Source of the DNA: Octopus vulgaris
Taxonomy: Eukaryota
Length of the DNA stretch: 64,000 nt
Direction of reading: 5' to 3'
Assembly: GCA_951406725.2 (NCBI GenBank)
Contig: OX597816.1
Span: 118,544,001-118,608,000 of the forward strand
The position numbers were made by a program, and so were the translations under genes. Of this stretch, positions 53,743 through 64,000 are shown in pieces; within the stretch, counting starts at the first letter, position 1; each line of letters starts with the position of its first letter. Below the pieces are notes generated by a model. The model was not told the DNA's origin, did no database searches, and saw nothing but the letters and a program-made list of their open reading frames with translations.

Positions 53743-55269
53743 AACATATACACACTCAAAAGCAAGGAAGGATTAGATAATCCAGACACTCACCATACTC
53801 TCATGATTAGTAATGATCTCAAGTTGTATAAAGAAGAATTTCTCTTGCAGAAACACAGGTTTCAAATAGAGAGAAAATAGACAATGCATAATAACAAAAT
53901 AAAAGTGGAGATCATTGTATAACATCTATTCCATGGTTTATAATTGTTTCAACAACTTGCAGGTGACCATTCAAATATCATGTCTATAAAGATATGTGGT
54001 TGGTCACCTGCAAGTTATTGAAATAATTGTAAACTATGTAATAAGTGTTATATCATAAACTCCACTCTTCACATATATATATATACATACACAAATGTAT
54101 ATGTACACACATAAACATACATTTATATATAGACACACACACATACATAAACATACATATATATAAACACACATACATACATAAACATACATATATATAA
54201 ACACACATACATAAACTTACATATACACAAACATAAATGTACAAAGAAACACATACATTTATATATACATACATATCAACATAAATACACATATGTACAT
54301 ACATTATGCATTTAATACATGAGTTTTTAGTTATATAATTCTTACATAATACTACCATCTTTCAATCAAACATTTCAAAATAGAAATGGTAAACAAAAAT
54401 TTGCTCTACGTGAGCAGTTGTCTGGACGGTCTCAAGAGAACCTGCCTTTGTGCAGAGATGAAGAGGAAAAGGTGTTATAGACGGAAAAAAGGGATAGAGA
54501 GGGAGAGGATGAGTATAAAAGAGAAAGAGAATATGCAGAAATAGATGAGAGAAAGAGGTGGGAGAAAAATGAAGTAAATGAGAAATATATAAACAAACAA
54601 ATGTATGATTAAATGGACAAATAAATCTAAATAGCAAAGAAGCAGAAGAGGGAGAAAAAGAAGCAGAAGTAAAAAGGAGGAGGTGAGGAGGAAGTAAACA
54701 AAAATTGAAGCAGACGAGGATGTTTCAGTTTCCATCAGCCAAATCCATAAACAAGGCTTTGGTTAGCCTGTGGCTATAATAGAAGTCACTTGCCTAAAGT
54801 GCCTCACTGTGGGACTGAACACAAAACCATGTGGTTAGAGAACAAACTTCTCAACCCCACAGATGCTTAACAAATAGATGAACATGTGTATATACATTTA
54901 TATAAACATAAATTTCAATGCTCGAAACGAGGAGTAAATGGACAGCCGACAACTGATGAAGGGTCGTTCTTTATGTTACTTGTCCTGTTTTCCATTTTTT
55001 TCCTCCCATTTGCATATCAAATTCATTTGTTTTTGTATTTCATGCTTACTGTTGGTGGTGTCCTGTACCCATATATGCATGTGTGTGTGTGCGCACATAT
55101 ATATTATTTATATTATTATCCAACTGAACGCCATGCATCCATTAAGTTTACATTTATATACATATACACAAACACATAGATATATACTGTGAAACATAAT
55201 AAACATATGTTACACAAGATTTATCCTAAAGAAAATCAAACTTTTTCAAAAGTTCACTCAGTATCTAAT

Positions 55270-56500
55270 GAGATTTTTTTTCTCACTCAAATTCCCTCCA
55301 CCTTTTGTATACAACTACTTTCAAAGTTTTGTTATTCAGTTTTGGAACTTGTCTGAAATCATGTACACTTCTCACAGAAAATGTTTTTAATGTATTTTGC
55401 AACAGTGAATTTCACCTTTGAGAACAAAAAAAAAAAAAATGTCACAGTGACCAAATTTCAAGAGCAGTGTGGCTCAGAAGACTGTCTCTTGCTTTTCACA
55501 AATGTCACAGATATGAAGTGATACATAAGCAGATGTGCTGTGGTGCAGCATCTTGGTTTACTTTGTCCATATCTTGAGCATTTTTCTTCATACAGTTTCT
55601 TTCAAATGCCTCAGAACATACAAGTAAAGGTTTTTATTCATCATCTGATCGTGAGGAATGAACTCATGATAAAAATCTAACCATCGAATCAGAATAGACA
55701 ATCAACAGCACTAGACATCTAAAAAAAAAATACTAACATGCTACTGGGAGAAGGGGAACAATAGTGACCCAGCCTAATGCAATGATGATCTAACTCAGGC
55801 CACGTGACTTTCTGAAAGGTACACCAATGAAAAATAATCTTGAATTGTTTTAGCTTTATGATCCACTTGATAAGCCTTGTTTCATGTGACATGCTTCTGG
55901 AAAACATTGCCTGATCCAACACATTGAGATGACTGACCTTTTGTTTTGACATAATAGCCCAACACCCATGTCATTTCATCACTAGTTGTAACACTTTCCA
56001 TAAAATTTTCATTGGCTGTGTGGTAAGTAGCTTGCTTACCAACCACATGGTTCCGGGTTCAGTCCCACTGCGTGGCACCTTGGGCAAGTGTCTTCTACTA
56101 TAGCCTCGGACCGACCAAAGCCTTGTGAGTGGATTTGGTAGACGGAAACTGAAACAAGCCCGTCATATATGTGTATATGTATGTGTGTGTGTGTCTGTGT
56201 TTGTCCCTCCAATATTGCTTGACAACTGATGCTGGTGTGTTTATGTCCCCCGTAACTTAGTGGTTCGGCAAAAGAGACCAATAGAATAAGGACTAGGCTT
56301 ACAAAGAATAAGTCCTGGGGTCGATTTGCTCGACTAAAGGCAATACTCCAGCATGGCCACAGTCAAATGACTGAAACGTGTAGAAGAGCATTGAAATAAT
56401 CAAACAACTTCTGGCTTGACTATGTCCCAGTTTCCTTTTCATTCATGTCAGCCAATGACACAAATTGTGTGGCCAACATGATGCCCCCTGCACCCTCTGT
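55270..56500 (-). pseudogene. Old mariner transposase remnant split by a SINE B
   Basis: After removing the SINE, the minus strand gives TQFVS...QKLFD..NENFMESVTTSDEMTWVLGYYVKTKGQSSQ (TGDETW-like) and later a CDFFLF.K-like motif. Confidence 0.7.
56015..56388 (+). mobile_element. SINE family B, well preserved, with short CATTG target duplication
   Basis: CATTG at 56010-56014 and 56389-56393. Confidence 0.9.
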
Positions 56501-57088
56501 ATTTCTTTCAATACCATGTGGCAAGAATTATTACAGATGCCAACTGCTCTAGAAGCTTCAAAAGTCAGGCAATGGTTTCATGGATCACAGCAGACACTGA
56601 TCATCAAGCATTGTCATGGAACTCGGTTAAGATTTTGAATCATCTTTGCTGGAATTTGTTCATGATTTGAAACAATGGCTACTACTTTTGGTATTGTGTA
56701 CAAATATATATGTATGTATATATATATATGTGTGTGTGTGTATATATATTTACCTGTGTCTAGACACCAAGTGATAGTTGGAAATTAGCATCACTGACAT
56801 ATAAGTGATGCTGTTCACCACCAATCCTCCATGAAAAACATATCAGGCCAAGGGAATACACTAACTCACCAGGAAACATGTGAGGGCTAGTAACAGGACA
56901 GGCATCCAACCAGAGAAAATTCACCCCAACAAATTCCACCCAACCCATGAAAGCATGGAACAGTAGATGATGATGATGATGAAATATGTACACTAGGTGC
57001 ACAGAAAATTTGCATAATAGATTAAGAATGCAAAGAGGTATCTAAATACTGTGACGAGACAAAATAAATATTCTCAAACATGGGTATA

Positions 57089-58262
57089 CAAGGAGGTACC
57101 CGAAAGTAACCAGAAACGTTCTCTGTGGGACAAGCCCATTGTAGTTCAGTCTTCTGCCACTAGAAGCCACTTGGTGTGGCCCTCAGGCATCAGTCTGCCA
57201 ACTAGTGGCATAGAATGAAGTCGTACTGCCATGTGGTGCGTCTTTGTTTTGCAGTGCTTCTCACCTGTTGGTCGATTTTTGTGATGGCTGAAATGAGGGG
57301 ACAGCATGCTTCCGTGAAATTCTGTTTTCTGCTGGGGAAACCAGCAGCCAAAACAGCTGTTATGCTTCAAACAGCTTACAAGGATGCTGTTATGAGCAAA
57401 GCACAAGTTTACAAGTGGTTTTCACACTTTAGGAATGGTCACTTGAAGACCAACTTCGTTCAGGGCAACTGTCGACCTCTCGAGCAAATGAAAACATGAA
57501 CTGATCCTGGAGGACTGTCGCCGAACAATTGACAAACTTGTTGATATGACTGGTGTGTCCTGGAGATCCTCCCAACAAATTTTGAGCAAGGAATTTCAGA
57601 TGAAAACAGTTGCAGCAAAATTTGTGCCTCACTTGCACATAGAAGATCAAAAACAGTTACAACTGAATGCATGTCATGAACTGAAAGAACAGTTGGAAGT
57701 TAATCCAAACCATTTTTCAAAGGTCATCATTGGAGACAAAAGCTGGTGCTACAGCTACAACCCGGAAATGAAGCAGCAATCAAGTCAATGAAAGCAGTCA
57801 ATGTCACCATGCCCCAAAAAAGTGCATCAAGTGAAGTCCAATGTCAAGATGATGCTGATTTGTTTCATTGATGCGAAAGTAATTGTCTACACAATATTTG
57901 TTCCTCCTGGTCAAACTGACATTTTACTTGGCAGTTCTGAAGACACAGCAAGACAAAAATATCCTGACCAGTGGAGAGTGGTGGTGGTGGTTTCATCACA
58001 ACAATGCACCATCGTACACTGCCTTAAGTGTGAGAAATTTTTTGACCAAAAAAACGTTTTACAGATGTGGAAGAGGTGAAGAAAAAAAAACAACTGAAGC
58101 ATTAAAAGGCATCACTTTGCAAGAGTTCTAGGACTGCTTCAAACAGTGGAAAACATGTCTGGACCGATGCATTGCTTCTATTGGAGAAAGCAATAAAAGT
58201 GTAAACATGTAAAGTGAATGAAATAATAATGCAAAATTCCGGTCTCCTTTGGGTACCCCTCA
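57089..58262 (+). mobile_element. mariner-like DNA transposon with both TIRs and a disrupted transposase
   Basis: TA|CAAGGAGGTACCCGAAAGTAACC ... GGTCTCCTTTGGGTACCCCTCA|TA. Peptide motifs VKFCFLLGK, QVYKWF, AKFVPH, IIGDKSW, HHNNAP; frameshifts; YSPDLAP region deleted. Confidence 0.93.
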
Positions 58263-58639
58263 TATACTTAAAACAGATATGTTTAAAATGTTAGCATCAA
58301 TAAGGGACAAGTAAACAATTTGTAGTAAGAATAGAAGTAAGGGAAGAGTTCTCACAAAATTAGACTAGTCTGTTGTGGGTGGTATTTTCCAATTTCTGAG
58401 ATATAGGGGACGCCTGGCGAAGTGATCAACATGGAAATAGAACTCATGGATTATTTTACTATGTGATTCCTATATTACTCTGAAGGACCACAAGCCAAAT
58501 TTTCTTTTCAACATCAAATGCAGGTTACTAAACCACTCCAAAAGTAAACTGGGTATCATCAGTAAGCACACTGCCAATGACAAGCTAAAAGTCAGAAATG
58601 ATATGAAAGTAGATCACTGGAACTGCACCACCACTGTAA

Positions 58640-58900
58640 TTAAGGAGCTTCACATCATTGAAGACAAAACCTGTGCTGATATGGTCATGTGGTGCATATG
58701 GACAAGGGCAGCTGCATAAAGAGGAGCCAATTTCGAACTGTGAAGGTAATCTGGGGAAGAGGTAGACCCAGGAAGACATAGGACGAGGTGGTGAGAAATG
58801 ATCTCTAGATGTTGAGCCTCAAACAGATGATAAGGGACCAAAACTTCTGGTGTTTTGCTGTACTTGAGAAGATATGTCAAGCTAAGTAAAATCATGGTCA
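58640..58900 (+). pseudogene. Decayed RTE-clade LINE 3' end
   Basis: *YGHVVHMDKGSCIK...GRGRPRKT*DEVVRNDL. Confidence 0.8.
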
Positions 58901-59459
58901 TCCATACATACAGGTATGTCCTTTATGGCTATGTGCCCCCCTCCCGCTCACACATACACACAATCTATCATCACTTAAAACTTCCCTACAACCCATCTTC
59001 CCAACACACCTCCCATTGCAGGCCCCTCCACTATCCCTCACATATCTTCAATACTCCACTCCTAGCCACTCCAATTTCTCTCTCCATCACTTGCCAGTCA
59101 CTTCTTTCCCCATCTCTAAACATCTTCCCTCACACTCTTATGGAACACCCCACTACAATTCCACCATCTATTTCTCTCTCTTGCTCACTCACTCACAAAC
59201 TGTCTCTTGCCTTTCTAACCCTAGCTTTTTTTCCTCGCTTTTCTTTTCCTACTATGGTAGCCAAATATCTGCTCTATAGTAAGACAACTATTTCTGTCTC
59301 TCTATTATACTCTAACCTGGCACACTACCCCTTTCCTCAGTTTCACTCTCTCACTCATCTGAGAGGTCTTCATTTCAGAAGTTACTTGGCGACCCCACTG
59401 GTCTTAATATCATGTAAAAAGCACCAGTACTGATTCCACATAAAAAGCACCCAGTACAC

Positions 59460-59680
59460 TCTGTAAAGTGGTTGGTGTAAGGAAGGGCATCCAGCCATAG
59501 AAATCATGCGAAAGCAGACAATGGAGTCAGTTCAGAAGATAGACATCAAAGATACCCAGTTTACTTTTGGAGTGATTTAGTAACCTACATTTGATGTCTA
59601 TCTTCCAAGTTGACACCATTATCTGCTTTGGGATGATTTCTATGGCTGGATGCCCTTCCTTACACCAACCACCTTACAGA
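59460..59680. repeat. Inverted repeat (about 91-bp arms) derived partly from family C
   Basis: 59460-59550 versus 59590-59680. Confidence 0.9.
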
Positions 59681-59739
59681 TGAAGATGATGATGTGGATT
59701 TTGTTGATTCATGTTAAAGACTCCCCTCTGGAAATGCTA

Positions 59740-61220
59740 GACTTCAAGAAATAATTTGTTCCAATCTGAGACCTTGATATTAAAAATAATGATGGGAAAT
59801 ATTAGTTATATCACAACTATTCTGACTGTTTCAAGAATGAAGGAGATACACAATTTGATATCTCCAAAGAAGGCTGTAACAACGAGGTAATGGGCCTTGT
59901 TGGACTGTTTATTATTGACATTTTTAAGAAGCAACCCTCCTCATACATCTCAGGTTTGTACTGTGATGACAGATTTGCAGCTTCAAGCAATGTTAACAAC
60001 CACAGTGAGGGCAAATTTAGAAAAGATCTGATAGGCATATTCAAGCAGTTTAGTATAAATATAAAACTCGCCACCAATATAATGACAGCTAATCTCTTAG
60101 ACTGTATACTAGAGCTTAAGATAGGTAAATACTACCCCTTGTAGATATGTATCTGATCAAACAAAGACAAAATACATACAAGAACTTCAAATACATCTCA
60201 GTTATAATTAGGAACATAGCAAGCAGAGGTAAAAGGATTCTATCTATCCTTTAGTAGGGATATACTCAATAGCATCAACATACTATAAGGATCTGGCCGG
60301 AAGTTACTTTACTGAGATATGTTTATACATAGATCTCACACTTTTTTACTCCAGCAGTGAAGAGAACCAAGAAATAGAAAGTCACCTGGTATAATCCACA
60401 TTGTAACACAGATACCACAAAGTTTTCAATGCCCAGTATGATGAGGTGAGATATTCTTGCCAAATTAATATCACTTCCACAAGTGCACGTCATAATCATA
60501 CATCTGTACTATCAACACCTCTAAAAACCCACCTGCTATTGTTATGGTCAAACCAGATACCCACTGGTGTGAGGTGGGGTGGGGTAGCTACTGCATTTCA
60601 TAGGTCACAGTATACAGAACAGTGCTCACTCCAACAGAAAGTATCCAAAATAACAATAATGGTTCCACTGCAAATGACTTCAAAAGATAATATATATTTC
60701 TTTACTACCCACAAGGGGCTAAACACAGAGGGGACAAACAAGGACAGACAAAGGGATTAAGTCGATTACATCGACCCCAGTGCATAACTGGTATTTGATT
60801 TATCGACCCCGAAAGGAAGAAAGGCAAAGTCGACCTCGGCAGAATCTGAACTCAGAATGTAACGACAGATGAAATACGGTTACGTATTTCGCCCGGCGTG
60901 CTAACGTTTCTGCCAGCTCGCCAGTACAAAAGATAATGTAGTCAACATATTCACTCCTTTTGGTCCAGAAACAAAGCAAACTTCAATTCACTGTCCTGTT
61001 TCATGTGGAAACTTAGAACCCAGGAAAATGGCTGCTCTACTATGACCTGAAATATTGTTGATAGTATCGATATGCATTCAGATGCTTCCAGCCTGCAATA
61101 TCCCTCAAAATGAAATCCAGAATAATTTCTTTCTGCCATTATGATGAGATATTCTTCTGGCTTAGTTTCAATAAATCAATACCAAAAGTAATCTCATGAA
61201 ATACAGATGCATGCACATAC
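59740..61220 (+). pseudogene. Decayed Penelope-like retroelement (RT plus GIY-YIG), Naiad-type motifs
   Basis: LVGLFII..., GLYCDD (YxDD), NLLD..LEL..GKYYP, KVTWYNP, VRYSC, GSTANDFKR, LSCFMWKLR. Confidence 0.75.
60692..60926 (-). mobile_element. Young SINE family A with an 11-bp target-site duplication
   Basis: CAAAAGATAAT at 60681-60691 and 60927-60937; CpGs largely intact. Confidence 0.9.
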
Positions 61221-61884
61221 ATTTAACCAATTAACTCATTAATTGTTTGATTAATCATTCAGTCTATTTACCAATCAGCTAGGCTTGTCAAAGTCCTTTT
61301 GTGGTCATTCCCAACCTCATCAACAGCATGTCCTCTACTCCAGTTCTGTTTCAAATTGATTAATAACAATAAAGTAAAACTGAACAAGCGCATGTGTTTA
61401 TTATGGACTTAATAACCCTCCCAAGATACAAGTTAATGTTTGCAGAGGATATGGTTCTCAGGTAGTGTGGGACAATAAGGGTGATTCTGTAGCTACAAGC
61501 ATGTTATAGTAACCTTATAAAGCTCAGACTATGATACGTATGCACAAACATATAAATTATAAGTGTATATCATCATTATTATCATTTAGCATCCGTTTTC
61601 CATGCTGGCATGGATTAAACAGTTTCACTGGAACTGGTAAACAAGTGATCTGCACCAGGCTCCAGTCTGTTTTGGCTCGGTTTCTATGGCTGGATGCCCT
61701 TCCAACACCAACCACTCCACAGAGTGTAAAGGTATCTTTTACAAGTCACTGGCATGAGTGCCTTTGGCATCTCGCCAACACAAGTGTCTTTGGCATCCTA
61801 CCAGCATAGGTAGCTCTGTACATGACACAGGTATGGGTGCCTTTCATGTGTCACTGGCATTGACTGTGATTTCACCTGGCTTCA

Positions 61885-62180
61885 CACACACACACATATA
61901 TATATATATACATACAACACACACACACACACATATATATACATACAACACACACACATATGTACATACAACACACACACACACACATATGTACATACAA
62001 CACACACACACACATATGTACATACAACACACACACACACACACACATATGTACATACAACACACACACACACATATGTACATACAACACACACACACAC
62101 ACACATATGTACATACAACACACACACACACACATATATACATACAACATATATATATACACACACACATATATACATAC
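61885..62180. repeat. Compound minisatellite, (CA)n-TATGTACATACAA units
   Basis: Directly visible tandem units. Confidence 0.9.
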
Positions 62181-62678
62181 ATGTTGGGCTATGGGAAAAT
62201 ATTACCTTGCTTGAAAACAAGTGAAGTTTTGCAACAGAAAGGGCATCTAGACATAAAAAAATCTGCCTTGATAATTCCATGCAAGCATAGAAGATTGGTC
62301 ATTAAAATAATGATAATGCTGCTGCTGATTATGATGATCGTGTGCGTGTGTGAATGAGTGAATTCATATTTACCCTTGTTTTCACATGTGTTTGCTGACT
62401 GTAAACAATAGCCATGCTGTTCTTGCAGATGGTGATGTATACTTGATGTTTGCTATAAAAGCATGCCGGAGCTTATTCACATGTTGCTTGATCTTTATAC
62501 ACAAAAGGTTAATTAATATAGTGTTGTTTAATACCAGTTGCCTGTGTAACCATATTCTGTTAATTATTCAATAGTCTGAGGAATTATTACCTTGATTGGA
62601 AACTAGTAAGGATCAACATCAGAAAAGATGTCTAGCCTTACCAAAATCTGCCCCATGAAAGTATTGTAGGCATTAAAA

Positions 62679-62825
62679 CAGGGATGGACAACCATTTTTG
62701 AGAAGCAGGCTACATAATACATGGTTGATCATCAGACAGGCTGCACTACTAAAAAAAGAAGTAAAGGTAATTTTTTGTTAGGTGCTATTCAAAAGGTTCA
62801 GCAGGCCACATCTTGCCCACAACTG
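62679..62825 (+). mobile_element. hAT-type MITE
   Basis: CAGGGATGGACAAC ... TTGCCCACAACTG termini; diverged 8-bp flanks CATTAAAA / CACTGAAA. Confidence 0.6.
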
Positions 62826-64000
62826 CACTGAAACAATGATGACATGTAAATTTCTTATTGCTATAAACCTGGCTTTTTTTTTTTTTTTTTTGAGTTCTCT
62901 ATTAATCATTCTGCACAAAAAGAATTCCCATGATATATAATAATCAGAGTATTAGGCTCATATTCACAAGATCAAGGGTTCAATTCTCAGATCAGGCAGA
63001 TGTTGTGACCTTGAGCAAGTCACTTTTTTCACATTGCCCAAGTTCACTCAGCTAGAAGACAGATGATAGCAACAGTCTGCTCCTCCTTCCAGCTGTCATA
63101 TTTCAGATGTTCTGTTGGGTCAACAGGTAAAGAATCATGATGATGTCAGTATCTATTTACAACTACATAGACACCTTAAACAATAAGTAAGGGTCTTGCA
63201 CATATCTGGAAGAAACCTTTGGCATGTATGTGTCAGTGTGTATGTATACATACATCATCATCATTATTAAATGTCAAGGTCAGAAGATGTACCAGGTTCC
63301 ATTGTCTGTTTTGGTATGGCTTCTACTGTTGGACGCCCTTCCTAACACCAGACATACCACAGAGTGTACTGGGTACTTTTTTTATATGGCACCAGCCCCA
63401 GTGTTTTTTACATGGCACCAGCACTATTGCTTTTTATGTGGCACCAGCACCACTGCTTTTTACATGGCACCAACACTGACAGTGTCACCAAGTACCTCGC
63501 AAAACAAAAACCACTTAACTGGGAGGAGGAAAAGGAATTGAGGAGATGTAGATTTGTGTCAGTTGAGAGATTTAAGATAGAGGGAACAGATATAGGTGTC
63601 TTTGTTCAAGGGTAGATACATAGATACATGAGTTGGAAACCAAGGGAGAGTGATAGTGAGAGAGATGATGGTGGAGATGTGTCATTACATGCCCTCTAGG
63701 GACACTGGGGTGTGGGGTGAGAATAAGTAAGGTAGTATAGAGGTTTGGACTGAGTGAGTCAGTAGGATGAGGTGACTAGCAAATAGCAAGGAATATGTGA
63801 GAGGTTCAGGCAGCCAGGTTGCAGTAGGTATGTGAGAGCATTGAGGGTGATAGCAGGATGATGGAGAGCAGCACAGGTAAGGAAGAGAAAGTGCAGAAAG
63901 GAAGAGACAGTAGGTGGGGGAAGAAAGGTAACTAGATGGAGGGAATGTTGTATTTGCCTATTCTGCTCTCAGGTGATAGAGGAAATTATGGATATTAGGG

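Noticed and set aside
57284-58220. Functional or domesticated transposase (SETMAR-like)
   Set aside because: Multiple frameshifts, stops and loss of the third catalytic motif; no SET domain

Overview
AT-rich, repeat-dense animal genomic DNA. The SINE families and huge (CA/TA)n tracts suggest an octopod cephalopod such as Octopus; this rests on my recognition of the repeats, not a database search. No intact protein-coding gene is identifiable, and most ORFs in the track are microsatellite, low-complexity or transposon artefacts. The window holds: several tRNA-derived SINE families (my labels A, B, B/G, C, H); TTAA-flanked piggyBac-type MITEs; TA-flanked Tc1/mariner MITEs; hAT-type MITEs; non-autonomous Helitrons; and decayed mariner, pogo, RTE, CR1-like and Penelope-like (Naiad-type) coding remnants. 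A CpG-retaining domain at about 34.6-43.4 kb sits between CpG-depleted flanks and looks like an unmethylated promoter region. Weak minus-strand exon candidates run leftwards from it. The most notable observations are a tRNA-headed SINE with a Penelope-type hammerhead-ribozyme-like tail in a fold-back structure, a chain of three MITEs joined through shared TTAA sites, a twin-priming-like inversion in a non-L1 element, SINE tail swapping and nesting at an internal microsatellite, and several long hairpins.
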